Part shown: positions 1 through 13,951 of the stretch, piece after piece | How the letters are laid out: each line of letters starts with the position of its first letter | Position numbering within the stretch: position 1 is the first letter of the stretch | Assembly (NCBI GenBank): GCA_964016885.1 | Contig: OZ024745.1 | Location: 96,472,001-96,536,000, forward strand | DNA: 64,000 bases | Origin: Eledone cirrhosa | Lineage: Eukaryota | Reading direction: 5' to 3' | The notes under the pieces: model-generated | Seen by the model: the letters and a program-made list of their open reading frames with translations, nothing else | Databases searched by the model: none | Told to the model about the DNA's origin: nothing | Translations under genes and position numbers: made by a program

Positions 1-1182
1 AATACGAAACGCTGACGGGAGCAAAACTAAACCCGGACAAGTCTGTCGGTTTGCAACTCGGTACGTGGAGAGGCAAACCGATGACGTCCGACAACATGCG
101 CTGAGGCTGCGGCATCTCAAGGTATTCCTCACCGACCCCCCAACCGGTGTGGGCACCGTTTGTAAGACAGGCTTTCGCACAGCTCCTCCCACAGCTGCAG
201 TCCTGGGTCAAGAAAAGACCGAAAACGATGGGCGCCTGGCACATTGAATGCGCTCAAGCGCTCACAGTCCACTGGCAAGCGGGCGCAGCAATCAGCGGAG
301 ACTCCACTTCGACATTCTATAGAGGGATTGTACGTTACATGGCCGACGCCGTGCTCGGAGAGACTCTGGGCGTCGAAGACAATGAGCTCACCAGTCTGTT
401 TGGTAGGACTTTCCCCCCGGGACCTATGGACAACTTCCAGAGGTCCCTGGCCAGGCAGTGCTACTGAGGAGCTCTACCGGTTCGTGACAAGATCTACAGG
501 CACGGACTATTCCAAGAGGACGAGTCCAAGATGCGCGCAGGACATTGAAACAGTCCTGCACGCAATTGTACACTGCCCGGGCGTAACCGATGTAGAACAA
601 CTGCTGTCGCGTATGGGACAAATCCAGTTGACTGCCGAGTTCATAGTAAGGATCAAACCGCCAGCCTCTTTAAAAAACGAAAGAGAGGCGGTTTTCCTCT
701 GTACGGTGGCTATGGTGAAAGAAGTTATATGGTGGTCGAGATTGAGAGGACTGAGGACAGATGCCTTTATCTCCGGACAACAATTGCTTCCCTTCTTTAA
801 GTATCACTTTAGAAGGAGAATCAGAGTGGAGAGAGAGGCACTGCACACGAGTAAATTTACTGAAAGGTGGGTGAATGAAGCGAAAATAGCCCGAGCGATT
901 GGGCCTTCTCTGTTTATAAGCCTGTAGGTTAAAGAAGAGAGCAAAAGGAAGAAAGGAGCCCTTGCACAACACGCTCCTGCAGTTGAGGGTTGTTATATCG
1001 ACGGGGTATTAAACAACCCATTTGTGGCGCTGCCACCCTATTGGGGATTTCGATTGTTGTAATTGTTTGTTTTTATATTTTTACACGACTGTAAGTAAAA
1101 TCCCGGCATGTCTTTGTATTGTCCCCTTTTCTTGTGCGCCCTTGTGGCAAATAAAGAAATATATCTATCTATCTATCTATCT
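1..1182 (+). mobile_element. Tx1-like (L1 clade) non-LTR retrotransposon, family C, copy C1 (3' part, decayed)
   Basis: ORF fragments 147-467 and 244-927 match the ORF2 C-terminus (PRCAQDIETVLHAIVHC, CCHC remnant). Near-identical to 23920-25460 apart from a ~360-bp deletion near position 93. AATAAA at 1150 is followed by (TATC)n at 1162-1182. Confidence 0.9.
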
Positions 1183-1398
1183 CTGGGATGGACACATGTG
1201 TTGAACATGCTCGGTAAGTTTTGTTTAAATTTCTTTAGAAATTCGTCATTGTGAACTTTTATTTTTATACCAATTTGTAGAGGGACTGACAGGTCAAATT
1301 TTGATCTGGTCAGTTTCCCAAAATATCGTGCCCCTCAGGGCAAAAACATCCAACATATTTTCGAAAATGTTTTTGCAAAACACTTCAATTTAAAAAAA

Positions 1399-3288
1399 AT
1401 GGCCGAAGCAAAGGCACCTACTTCTTTGTCAATACAAGAAGATGGGAAGGGAAAGCCATGCCTACTTGACCAGCAGGTAGTAGCAGACATGGACAAAGGA
1501 ATGCCAACATTATCGCCTCAACATTTAGAAGAGGAACAAGCTTCAGCTGCTTGTAAGCAACTGAACACGGCTGACGTCACAAACGTCACATGTATCCACA
1601 TACAGAAGGAAGAATGTATAGCAAATACTAACACCACCACAAGCAACAACAACAACAACACAATAAATTAGAACAACAACAACAACAAAAAGAATCAGTG
1701 GCAACACAACGAATGAGACCATCATCACCACCAACAACAACAACAACAATAACAAAATTTCATTTGCAGCAACCGTTACTAAGCAACACGATTTTAAATA
1801 TTACACCATGGACATTTCCTAAAAGTCCCAATATTTGGAAGAAGCTTCCAACTATGTGACGTTTGAGGGAGACACGCCACACATACACATACCCCCACAA
1901 GTAAGAGAAATGCCACAGAAAAAGAAGCTAATTTATAGAACAGTTGACATCACTACCAAAAAACCCATAACGCTCCCAACAAGCACTATTGAAGCTGCAC
2001 TAAAAGTTATCAAGCCAGGCGTGGCATACCTCCAAAGAGGTAAATAGTATGGAAGTGTGTCAGTGCTCTTTAAGAGCGAAACTCTGGCACAAAAACACTC
2101 GGTTCACCCAATAAAAACGGATCAACACATCTTCTTCCCCACATACATGGGAAGAAGATCTTACAAAATAAAAATAACCAGGATCCCAGCAGAGGTCAAT
2201 CCAGATGGTGGATCCTACACTGCATCCTGAAGAAGGATGATGACACCCTCCTATCTGTAGACAGGACAGACCAGAATAACTGGTTTGGAACATGCATTGA
2301 GGTTCTGGTACAAATGAGGCCAGAGAGAGTTGAGAAAATACCGGACAGGATCGTCCTCGAGGAAGATGTCATCTTCATTTTAGTGGAGGGGAAAAGACCA
2401 CCTCAGTGCCATAAGTGTGGCAAAACACTTAAAGGACTTTTGCCTTCTCTTAAACAAACCGATGACAAACAGGGTGTTATTACTAACACCAAAATCCCAA
2501 CATCAACACCCCAAACCAAACAAAACACAAAAACCTGCAACATCCACTCCCACACCCCCACAGACCAGAGACAACCACACACAAAATCCCACTGAAAACC
2601 CTCCATTGCCTCCTTCCTCCCTGTCAAATACTTCCACAAACACCTGCACAAACACTCCACCAGACAACATAACTCTCTCATCTACTCCTGATTCAGAAGT
2701 CTCAGATACGGGAACCTCTACATCTCCAAGTGAGAATGAAGAAGAACCCCAAAAATCCAAAAAACAAAAAAGACACAAAAAGACACAAAAACATCTACAG
2801 AAAATACTCACACACCCAACCCCACCATAAACACACCGCCACAAACGACAAACACACCAACAACACAATCACCACCAACACAACCAAACACTTCACCAAC
2901 AAAACAAACACCCACACCACCACAATCACAAACCTCAACCACAAAAAGAAAACTACAAACAGAAACAGTACACATAAAAAACAAAACACATTACACATAC
3001 ATAAAAACAAGAAACAAAGAACTGGTGGAAACTGTCCGAAAGGATCCCGCAATACAAACAAAAGGGAAAAACTTCCCAACCAACGACCCACCACCAAACC
3101 TCAAACTTATCAGGGTAACAACCCTACAGTACGAAACTTTAAAAGAGAACTTCCCACATGATGTGCCCCCCCCCCCTTGCCAAAAGCCCCTTAACCGTGT
3201 CCTGCTGAAAGGATACCTTCCCTCCCCAAACACCACTAATCTGGACATGGAGATCGAACAACCCGACCTCCAGGAAACGAAAAGGTAA
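1399..3288 (+). pseudogene. Disrupted ORF1 (gag-like nucleic-acid-binding protein) of B1
   Basis: Fragments 1399-1671, 1835-2047, 2314-2595, 2417-2830 and 3025-3288 are colinear with the intact ORF1 at 8578-10494 (ISFA, VEGKRP..CHKC, KPLNRVLLK). Confidence 0.85.
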
Positions 3289-3328
3289 GTGTTCCTGCCT
3301 TTTCTCTCCTTAACTCTTCTTCACCAAC

Positions 3329-6300
3329 ATGGCGACTATACAAGCTGGAAGTTTGAATGTATGTGGCCTGGGCATGTCCTGGAAATAGGGCCAGCTTTTA
3401 AATGATCTCAGGTCACATTGTGTAGATGTGATAGCCATCACCGAGTCCAGGATTCACGACAAGCAGCAGCTAACCCCCATTTTCGATGATTTTCAAATCT
3501 ACGCATCTCTCTGTCAGCCAGGATGTGGAGAGAGAGAGTTGCTGTTCTGTTTCGAAAAAACTTGGATCTCAAAATACAGACGATTCACTTGGACCTGGAT
3601 GGCAGCCTGGTGGTCCTGGACGTGAATGGTAGTGAAGGTGGAGCTTTCAGACTGGTGGCCGTATATGCCCCGACTGGGACATCGCGACGAGAGTTCTTCA
3701 AGCGACTGGAGCCATTCCTGGGAACGTCTCGCTCCTTAGTGTTAGTGGGGGACTGAAATGGCATCTTAGATGCACGTGGGGACTATGTAGTAGCTTGTGA
3801 TAATAGAGGGGGGTGTAATAACCTCAAAACTTTCATCAGCCAATTCCAACTGGCTGATAGATATCGACTAGATTTCCCAAGTGCACCACTGTGGACGTGG
3901 AGCAACCGCACTGGGTCTTCTAGATCGTATTTAGATAGATTTTTGATTAGACAGAATGATAAGGAAACATTAAGCTGTTCACAAATGCACATGGTTGCCT
4001 ATTCAGACCACAAATTAGTCACCTGCGTAGTCAACCTTGATAGAACACATAGACAGGGACCCGGATACTGGAAGCTAAACATGTCACTCCCTACAGTAAA
4101 CGGATTAGCACTTTAGTTAAGTGCCAGTTGACGGGGGCGATCGTCAACAACAGGTGGCGGAGCTCTCCCAAGAGAGCAATTAGAATACAATCGATAGCAT
4201 TTAGCAAGAAAGTAGCTTTAGAAAAAAAAAAACTAAAAAGGAACTGGTAGCTAAAATAGAAGAGGCACTTAGGAATGGCAGTACAGCTGACGTGTTAGCA
4301 GCGAGAACCGCACTAGACCAGTTCTTCAACGTGAAACGCGAAGGTTGTATTGTCAAAAGTAGAACACGTGCTCTAAGAAATGTGGGAGCCAAAGCTGTTA
4401 GCTGGGCCCGAGTGGCAGAGGCGAAAAGTGGCAACAAATCTACAATTCGGTCTTTGCAAGACAAAAATGGACGCATTATACTTGAATCCAAGCAGATGTG
4501 CACGGCCTTCCAGCAGCATTTTGCACTGCTGTTCGGGCAAAGCGGTACATCGAGCGAGGTGATGGAATTCAGCTCCTACCTCGACGGCGTACCGCAACTC
4601 TCGAACACGGATGCAGAGAGCCTCGAAACGCCGATTACAGCGGGCGAAATAGAAGATGCCCTAGGCCGCTGCGGGAAACGCAAATCACCCGGTTTAGATG
4701 GTCTACCCTATGAGTTTTACATAGGCATACCAGACTTGTTCTCTGGCGTCCTCGAAGCGGTCTACTTCAACTGGCAGCAGGACGGGAGGTTTCCCAGTTC
4801 TGTAGGCGTAGTAACGCTGATCAGGAAAGATGAGAACAAGGGGGATGAGATAAGCAATTTCAGGCCCATAACTCTGCTCAACACAGAGTTAAAGATTTTG
4901 GCCAAGGTGTTAGCAGCGAGGTTGGCGCTTGTCGTCGACAACCTGGTAGGGGAAGCGCAAACGTGTGTAATCCCGACCAGGTCCATACACGTAAACCTCC
5001 ACCTCATGCGATACATCATAGAGAGGGTAGGGTGTAAACCTGGCTTCGGTGGGGCTCTGATCAATTTAAATCAGTCTAAGGCATTTGATAGGATTGACCA
5101 TCAATACTTGGAAGCAGTTCTCAAGGCGGCCGGCTTCGGTCTCGTCTTCAGAGGCTGGATCGCTGCCATGCAAACCAGCATCAGCTCGGCAGTCAAGGTG
5201 AATGGCTACCTACCAGAGCCATTTCAAATTATGCGTTCAATACGTCAGGGATGCCCTCTCTCCTCCATTCTGTATGTACTGACTCTCGAGCCGTTACTCC
5301 GGAAGTTGGAGCTGTTGCAGGGCATCCCGATTGAACCATGGCTGCGGGAAACAGCGTCGGTCTATGCCAACGACATAACCGTAATGATGTCGAAAACCTC
5401 GGAAATCGGAGTAATCGGCAACCTATTATAGGAATACGAAATGTTGACAGGAGCAAGACTAAACCCAAACAAGTCTGTCGGTTTGCAACTCGGCACATGG
5501 AGAGGCAAACCCATGCCTTCCGACAGTGTCGTTCGACGCTGGACAGAAGGACCGATGAAATTGTTCGGGGTCTGGTTTGGTCCAGACCTCCAGGTGGGCA
5601 AGAACTGGAACGAGGTCACGGCGAAGGTGTTTGCACTCACCCAGAAGTGGGCTGAGTGCAAACTCTCCTTGAAAGGTCGAGCGGAGGTGTCGATCACTTA
5701 CATAGCGTCCGTTATCTACTACCGCTTGACAGTCGTGCCTCGCCCTGCGAATACCTTACCAAAATGGAACGCCTACTCTTCAAGTTCCTCTGGAAGAAAC
5801 AGGATCCATTGGTGAGGAGATCCATCTGCTGTCAACACCCTTCTAAAAGAGGGCTGGGCATGCCGTGGTTGATGATGCGCAAACACGCGCTGAGGCTACG
5901 CCATCTCCAGGTATTCCTGACCGGTGAACCTGTGTGGCTGTCCTTTGTGAGACCAGCTCTTTAACAACTCGTCTCACTAACAGAGCTGCAGTCCTGGGTC
6001 AAGCGAAGACCGAAAATGGGTGCCTGGCACCTCGAGTGCCTACAGGCGCTCACAGCTCTCTACCAAGCGAAAACAGTAATCAGCGGAGACTCGACATTCT
6101 ATAGGGGATTAGTGGAGGATAAGTGCGACGACGTTCTCGGGAAAACTCTAGGCATCGAGGAGGACGAACTGACCAGTCTGTTCGGGAGGACTTTCCATCC
6201 AGGGCCTATGGATAACTTCCAGAGGTCTCTGGCCTGAGTGGAGAGAGAGGTGCTACACCTCAGTAAATTCGCTAAAAGGCGAGTGAATGTGGCAAAAATG

Positions 6301-6339
6301 ACCCGAGTGAATGGGCCTTCTCTGTATATAAACCTGTAG
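3329..6339 (+). pseudogene. Disrupted ORF2 (APE endonuclease + reverse transcriptase) of B1
   Basis: The longest piece, 4292-5431, carries RT motifs. There are multiple stops and frameshifts, and YADD is changed to YAND. Confidence 0.9.
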
Positions 6340-8418
6340 GCTGAGGAAGATAAACAGAGGGAAGACATGAACACCTACAAAATGTGTTCCTGGTGTTGAG
6401 GGTTGTTCTATCTACGGGGTGTAAAACAACCCTGCAATAACGTCCCCCCCCCTCTATTGGGGATTTCAATTGTTATTTTATTATATATAGTTTATTGTTA
6501 TTTATTAATGTTAAAGTTATTTTTATGTAAACCCCCGCCGTCACGTCTTGTAATGTCCCATTTGTGTACGCCTCTCTCTGATTGCTGTTGACTCTCGGTT
6601 TTTCTGTTTGTCCGCCTGCCTGTCTAACTGATTTTATGACATCGTCAGATATTCGATTTGACATCCTCTCTGTCGGTTTGTTTGACTGTCGGACTGTTTG
6701 TCTGGCAGTTTATCTATATGACTTGCTTTGTCCGTATATATCTAATTTACGTACTTACTAGTTTTATATATACTATTTTTTTGTTGTCTATTTAGCAGTT
6801 ATTTATAAGTACACATGCATGTAATAGTCTGAATCTTATGTACTAATATTTCATAGCTTATGGATAATAATTTGGTAGCATCGAATGATTCCAGAATAGC
6901 CCAGCCCTCTCACATTTTGATGACTAGAAACGATCTCTACTTAAATGCTAAATATTAAGATTTTCTCGCTTTTAGCAGAACGACCACAGTGGAGAAGTAG
7001 ATAGATCTTTTACAGTATTAACGTCGTCCATTTTGTGTTCAAACTTTGCTGTGATCAGCATAACTTTTTATGCTCCTTCAAGATTTATAAAATAAATAAC
7101 AGGCAATTATTATGGTTGACTATTTCTTGCCAATACATTTGTGGCCCTGTGCTAATATGAGAAATCAATATTTTGGCAACCTTCAGGGAGCTAGTTGGCA
7201 GAAGCTGGAAGTAAGCCATATTACATGCCCAAATGTATTTAGTTTCATCATCTAGTACAAAGTAATATAATGGGGTCACTTTAATAGATTCAATCTCCTC
7301 CTCAGCAAAAATTGGCTTTGTGCCTTATGGAAAGAGATCAATAATTTAGCATAATTTAGTGGCGATATCTATAGAGAACTGACTTGAATCTGTGATCTGG
7401 CTTTGATTCCCGTTTGAAACAATTTCGCTTTATTTACATAACATGTATTTTTTCTAAGAACTTTAATGGTAAAAGTAAAGAGAATGAGCCATATTATATT
7501 TGCTTGTAGTCTTATTCCTGAGTCAGAAACCAGTATTGTAATAACTCGTATTGCTGAGCATTGTAGAGCCCTAGAAAATCAAGATTATGATACAGTTTCA
7601 ATCCCCATTTGAAGCTTTTACTTTCACCACAATCACCCTTGAGAAAATGTGAGCATCACAACTTCCCATTTGCCTGTCGAAAGGAAGCAAATATCTTAGC
7701 ATATATGGATTAAAAACACATAAATTTAACAGGTATATATCGTTTTCCAACATATTTCAATGCTCCTATCTCTCGTTTTATTTCAAACAGTAAACACAAA
7801 ACGTTGATCTATAACATTGCTACAGGTTTACAAATTTATAGAAGTGAGGTATAGTAGATTGAATCTATTCTGGTTTATAAATGCATAAAAGGCAAAAATC
7901 ATTTTAAGTCGGGTTTGAGCTCAGAATGTAAATCGAAATGACTAAACATTTCAAAGTATTTAATCTGGTATTTTATAGTTTCTGCTAGAAAACCTTTACT
8001 AGAGTCAAAGCAAGGCTAAACTTACTATCATCAAGATTTTTCCAAAACAAGATAGCGTAGGTCTCGTTTTTTTTTTAATCAGAAATGTCTTACAGTATAT
8101 ATTCGAAAAAGGAAATGGGAAGTTGCAGATGCTATGTTTTTAAAATAGGCTGTATTCGCACAAGTATAAACCAAAATTAAAACGAGTTAAAATATCGGTA
8201 GATTCTTTAAAAATATATATCTTTTATAAGAAACTACAAGAGTTATGTGACAACAACCTTCAGATATGTGCTAGATTTGTTTGGTAAAAGGTAATTTGAT
8301 ATCTTTTCCCGACCCCTCTCTCTCACAAAAATGGTGATAACATGGTCACTAGTTACATGAGAAGCTTTCTATAGCTATTTATATATCTATCTATTTTCGG
8401 AAATAAATCAACACTTAA

Positions 8419-8419
<1 letters not shown>

Positions 8420-8490
<71 letters not shown>
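8420..8490 (+). repeat. (TATC)n microsatellite, about 17 units, directly 5' of element D1
   Basis: Direct reading. It is not preceded by a recognisable element 3' UTR. Confidence 0.97.
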
Positions 8491-8577
8491 TTCGCCCCAT
8501 TCAGGGGCGGAATATCCATTTAAAAATTTTTTCTCCATCGAATCTTGGAAAAAATATTGTAAAATTTTGATTACGTT

Positions 8578-10494
8578 ATGAACGCTGCGTCCAACGATAA
8601 TGGTGGTGGAGAGGCGGTAAGACTACAAAGCTCGCAGTCAACAACGTCTTCTTCACTAGATACTATAGAGATGGAAAGACAAAATGAAAATAAAAAAACG
8701 AATTCACATCCAAACAACACAAATGACACCAAACAGCTCAATGACAACAAAAATAACAGCAAAACCAATAATGATGATAAAAGCAACAATGATAACAACA
8801 ACAAAGAAAAAAATAAAGACAACGCCAATAACACCAGCATCAAAGACAACAACAACACCAAGGAAAATACGGATGATACCAACATCGGTGACAACAAGAA
8901 TAACAACAAGAATAACAACAATAATGACAACACCACCAATACGGATTCCACAAAGAAACCAAAAATCTCCTTTGCGGAGAAAGTTCAAAAGAAAGAACAA
9001 TTGATATATCTCGACATAACAAATGCTGAACACCTTTTAAAGGACGCTAAGAGATATGTCACCTTCGAAAAAAATGGTGCTTTCAGCATCAATTCTCCGG
9101 TAGAAATTCGCAAGGAAACTGCTCTCAAAACGATAGTTTTTAGGACAGTTTCCAATTCTACCCGAAAACCAGTCCAATTGTCACAGAAAGATATTGAACT
9201 GGTTTTCAAAGATTCAATGAATGATATTGCATTCATTCAAAGAAGCAAACTTTTTGGGAGTATTTCGGTACTGATGAAGGATCAATTGACGGCCCAAAAT
9301 TACTCTGTGTCGCCAATTGTATCCAACCTGTACAACTTTTTCCCTACATACATGGGAAAAAGGACACAAAAGATCAGAATCACAAGTGTCACACCAAAGG
9401 TGAACATATGGTGGATACTGTGCGGCTTCATCAATTTTGATGAAGACAGAATACTGTCAGTAGGCAAGTCCCCCAGAGATGTATTCAATGGGACTAGCAT
9501 TGAAGTTCTGGTGCAAATGAGCCCAGAGCGAATAGCTATGATCCCACAGCGTGTACTCCTGGACGGACTTACCTACATAAACCTTTCGGTTGAGGGTAGG
9601 CGGCCTTCATGTTACCATTGCTTTAGCAGGGGTCACCTGAGGGCTTCCTGTCCTAAACTAATGAACCAAAAAAAGGCTCTTCTGCCAACACCCATCAAAA
9701 CAACACAACCACCAACACCACCACTACAACAACAACACCAACACACAAAAATAACCACAACAAACACAGTCCCACCCAACCCCACTCCACCTAAAACCAC
9801 TGCAAAATCACATACAGACACAACAGCTCCCCAAGACATACCCCTCCCCAATCACACAGACGATACAACAGATGAGGCTATCTCGCCATCACCCAGTGAA
9901 GACGAGGGAGAACCCCATCGCTCGAAAAGAAAGAAAAGACATCACAAAAGCAAAAAACCAGCAAACACTACCACAAACATACAACCACCAACACAAACAA
10001 CAAAAATATCACAAACAAAACCCCCACCTCCTGAAAACAAAATACCTACAACAAAACGAAAGCACACACAAGAACTACAGACAAAAACAAACACAACACA
10101 AGAAAATTACACTTACACTTACATAAACACTGAAAACAAAACACTAATGGAGACCATTACGAACGACCCTTCGGTTTTCACCGAAGGGAAAACTTTCGCC
10201 CACTCTATAAAAAATAGCAAAAAAATGAACCTAAAACTGATTAGGGTCCCTATACAAACTTATAGGTCCCTAAAAGAAACATTTGAGAAGGATGTGGGGA
10301 ATTCCTGCGTGAAACCACTCAACCGCGTCCTTCTCAAATGCCTCCCTACCCCAGAGACCCCCATCCCACCAGACCCCACCCCACCAAACATCTGCGTCCC
10401 CACCCCGCCGGAAACCACCACCCATCCAGACAACCCCTCCAACACCCCCATGGAAATCGTGCGGCCTGGTCCCCAGGAGGCGAAGGGTGAGTGA
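8578..10494 (+). CDS. ORF1 protein of D1 (638 aa), CCHC zinc-knuckle nucleic-acid-binding protein
   Basis: Uninterrupted ORF upstream of ORF2. CYHCFSRGHLRASC fits CX2CX4HX4C. It has an Asn-rich N-terminus, a Thr/Pro-rich linker and a basic RSKRKKRHHKSKK stretch. Confidence 0.9.
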   Translation: MNAASNDNGGGEAVRLQSSQSTTSSSLDTIEMERQNENKKTNSHPNNTNDTKQLNDNKNNSKTNNDDKSNNDNNNKEKNKDNANNTSIKDNNNTKENTDDTNIGDNKNNNKNNNNNDNTTNTDSTKKPKISFAEKVQKKEQLIYLDITNAEHLLKDAKRYVTFEKNGAFSINSPVEIRKETALKTIVFRTVSNSTRKPVQLSQKDIELVFKDSMNDIAFIQRSKLFGSISVLMKDQLTAQNYSVSPIVSNLYNFFPTYMGKRTQKIRITSVTPKVNIWWILCGFINFDEDRILSVGKSPRDVFNGTSIEVLVQMSPERIAMIPQRVLLDGLTYINLSVEGRRPSCYHCFSRGHLRASCPKLMNQKKALLPTPIKTTQPPTPPLQQQHQHTKITTTNTVPPNPTPPKTTAKSHTDTTAPQDIPLPNHTDDTTDEAISPSPSEDEGEPHRSKRKKRHHKSKKPANTTTNIQPPTQTTKISQTKPPPPENKIPTTKRKHTQELQTKTNTTQENYTYTYINTENKTLMETITNDPSVFTEGKTFAHSIKNSKKMNLKLIRVPIQTYRSLKETFEKDVGNSCVKPLNRVLLKCLPTPETPIPPDPTPPNICVPTPPETTTHPDNPSNTPMEIVRPGPQEAKGE

Positions 10495-10527
10495 TCTCTT
10501 TTCCTCTTTTAACTTTTCAGCACCAAC

Positions 10528-13500
10528 ATGGCCAATATAAGAGTTGGATGTGTGAACGTACGCGGCCTGGGGATGCCCTGGAAACAGGGCAAACTCTTAA
10601 ACGACCTCAGGTCGCACAGTTTGGATGTGGTAGCCATTTGCGAGTCCAGGATCCACGGCGAGCGACAGCTGGCCCCCATCTTCGATGACTTTGAGATCTA
10701 CGCATCTCTCTGTCAACCGGGGGGTGGGGGCGGAGTTGCCGTTTTGCTGCGGAAACACCTGGGCCTCGTAACACAGACGGTACATCTGGACCCGGAGGGT
10801 CGACTGGTGGTCCTAGACGTTGACGGTAGTGAAGGTGGAGCGTTCAGGCTGGTGGCCGCATATGCCCCATCCGGGACACCGCGACCAGACTTCTTCAAAC
10901 GTCTAGAGACTTTTCTGGGAACGTCCCGCTCCTTGCTTTTAGTGGGGGACTGGAATGGAATCCTAGATGCACGTTGGGACTATGTGGGAGCATGTCCCGA
11001 TAAAGGGGGGTGTAACAGCCTCAAACAGTTAATCGACCGATTTGACCTGGCCGATAGATATCGACTAGATTTTCCGACTGCGCCACTGTGGACGTGGAGT
11101 AATCGTAGCGGAACATCTAGATCGTACCTAGATAGGGTTCTAGTTAGAAATAAGGATAGGGACATGTTAAGCTGTCCACAAATGTTCATGGTTGCCTATT
11201 CAGATCACAAACTAGTGACCTGCATGGCCAACCTTGATAGAACCCATAGACAAGGACCCGGCTACTGGAAGCTGAACTTGTCGTTACCGACAAGCAAAGC
11301 CTACAGTAGACGGATTAGCACTTTAGTTAAACAGCACTTGACAGGGGCCATTGTCAACAACAGATGGTGGTACTCTCTCAAGAGGGCAGTTAGATTAGAC
11401 TCGATAGTTTTTAGTAAAGAATTAGCGTTAGATAGAAATAGAACCGAGAAGGAACTGGTAGATAAAGTAGAAGAGGCTATTAGAAGTGGCAACGTAGCCA
11501 GCGTGCTAGCAACGAGAACGGCCTTGGACCAGTTCTTCGACGCAAAGCACGAGGGCTGCGTTGTCAGAAGCAAAATACGTGCTCTGGGAAACGAGGGAGC
11601 CAAAGCTGTTAGCTGGGCCCGAGTGACGGAGGCAAAAAGTGGCAACAAGTCCACGATTCGGTCTTTGAAGGACCAAAACGGACGCGTGATACGTGAGCCG
11701 AAGCAGATGTGTGCGGCTTTTCAGCGGCACTTTGCTCGGCTGTTCGGGGGGCGCGGCGCGCCGGGAGAGGCTATGGATTTCGGTCCATACCTCGACGGCC
11801 TACCGCGACTCTCGGACAGCGGGGCGAAGTTCTGCGAAAAGCCGATTTCAGCCACTGAGATAGGGGACGCGCTGAGCCAATGCGGCAAACGCAAATCTCC
11901 AGGTCTCGACGGTCTACCCTACGAATTTTACGTAGCAATGCCGGACTTATTCTCCGGTCTCCTGGAAGCGGTCTACTGCAACTGGCAACAGAACGGGAGA
12001 ATTCCCAGTTCTGTAACCGGGGGCGTGGTCACACTAATCAGGAAGGACGAGAATAAGGGGGATGACATAGGCAACTTCCGGCCCATAACTCTGCTAAACA
12101 CAGAGTTACAGATTTTGGCCAAGGTGTTGGCAAAGAGGCTGGCGCTTGTCGTCGAGAACCTGGTGGGAGAAGCGCAGACATGCGCGATCCCGACCAGGTC
12201 CATACACGACAACCTCCACCTCATGCGATACATCATAGAGAGGGTAGGGTGTAAACCCGGCTTCGGTGGGGCTCTGATCAACTTGGATCAGTCTAAGGCT
12301 TTCGATAGGGTTGACCATCGTTACCTGGATGCGGTGCTCGAGGCGGCAGGCTTCGGACCCGTGTTCAGGGGCTGGATTGCTGCAATGCACAACAGCAACA
12401 TCTGCTCAAGGGTCAAGGTGAAAGGTTACCTCTCGGAGCCGTTCCATATTACGCGATCCATTCGACAGGGATGCCCTCTCTCCTCCCTTCTGTACGTACT
12501 GACTCTCGAGCCACTACTGCGGAAGCTGGAGCTATTGCAGGGCATCCCTCTGGAACCGGGACTGCGGAAAGCGGCGTCGGCCTACGCCGACGACGTGACA
12601 GTTATGGTGTCGAGCGCCTCGCAAATCGAGAAAGTCGGCACCTTACTAAAGGAATACGAAAGTCTCACAGGAGCGAAGCTGAACCGGGACAAGTCCATCG
12701 GGTTGCAACTCGGATCGTGGAGAGGCAGACCGATGCCTTCCGATGGCGTCGTCGGACGCTGGACGGAAGGACCGGTAAAGCTGCTCGGGACTGGTTTGGT
12801 CCGGACCTCCAGGTGGAGAAGAACTGGAACGAAGTGACGGCCAAGGTGTTTGCACTCACCCAGAAGTGGGCCGAGTGCAAACTATCCTTGAAAGGTCGAG
12901 CGGAGGTGGCGAACACTTTTATAGCGTCCGCCATCTACTACCGCTTGACCGTCGTGCTTTGTCCAGCCAAAACGCTCGCCAAAATGGAGCGCGCCCTCTT
13001 CCGATTCCTTTGGAAGAGGCGGGCTCCTTTGGTAAGAAGATCCATCTGCTGCCAACACCCTTCTAACGGAGGGCTGGGGATGCCGTGGTTGACGATGCGC
13101 AAACACGCGCTCAGGCTGCGGCATCTCTACGTATTCCTCACCGGACAACCGGTGTGGGCCCCGTTCGTGAGGCGAGCCTTCCCACGACTCGTCTCACTGA
13201 CCGAGCTGCAGTCCTGGGTCAAGCAGAGACCGAGGAAAATGGGCGACTGGCACATCGAATGTGCTCAGGCGCTCACAGCCCTCTGGCAGGCGGACCCGGC
13301 GATCAGTGGAGACTCCACTTCGTCATTCTATAGAGGGTTGGTCCGCAGCAAGTGCGACGACGCGCTCGGTGAAACTCTAGGCGTGGAGGAAGATGAACTG
13401 GCCAGTCTGTTCGGTAGGACCTTCCGCCCGGGACCGATGGACAACTTCCAAAAGTCCCTGGCCTGGCAGTGCTACCGAGGAGCTCTACCAGTTCGAGACA

Positions 13501-13951
13501 AGCTCTACAGACATGGGCGCCCGGGCAGGGACCCTGCAAAAAAGATCTGTCCGAGGTGCGTGCGAGACGAAGAAACCGTCGCGCACGCATTCATACGCTG
13601 CCCGGGCGTCACTGACCTGTGGGGATATGTAGAACGACTATTGTCGCGGGTGGGACCACCGAGTCCATTGTCATGATCAAACCGCCACCCTCCTTCAAAA
13701 ACGAAGGAGAGGCGGTTTTCCTTTGTGTGATAGCTATGGCGAAAGAGGTTGTATGGTGGACAAGGTTGAAAGGGCTGAGGTCAGACACCTTTCTCTCCGG
13801 CCAACAACTGATTCTTTTTTTCAAATACCACTTTGGAAGAAGAATCAGGATGGAGAGAGAGGTGCTGTACCCCAGCAAGTTTTATGAAAGGTGGGTGAAA
13901 GTGGCGAGAATGGCCCGAGTGAATGGGCCTTCTCTCTATATCAGCCTGTAG
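10528..13951 (+). pseudogene. ORF2 of D1: APE endonuclease, RT and C-terminal CCHC, frameshifted at ~12790 and ~13658
   Basis: APE motifs NVRGL, ICES, YAP, VGDWN, DRVL, SDH. RT motifs SPGLDGL, FRPITLLN, DQSKAFDRVDH, QGCPLS, YADD. C-terminal CPRC..ETVAHAFIRC. Has a 1-nt and a 13-nt deletion relative to D2. Confidence 0.93.

Larger units (their letters stand above)
1183..6575 (+). mobile_element. Tx1-like non-LTR retrotransposon, family B, copy B1 (near full length, decayed)
   Basis: Broken ORF1 (1399-3288) and ORF2 (ATG 3329 to ~6339) with APE motifs (ITES, YAP, SDH) and RT motifs (SPGLDGLPYEFY, FRPITLLN, QGCPLS, YAND). A ~400-bp deletion lies at ~6235, and the AATAAA/tail seen in B2 is missing. 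Confidence 0.9.

Noticed and set aside
10487-10520. 34-nt GT-AG mini-intron fusing ORF1 and ORF2
   Set aside because: Removal leaves ORF2 out of frame, the intron is very short, and families B and C lack the acceptor.
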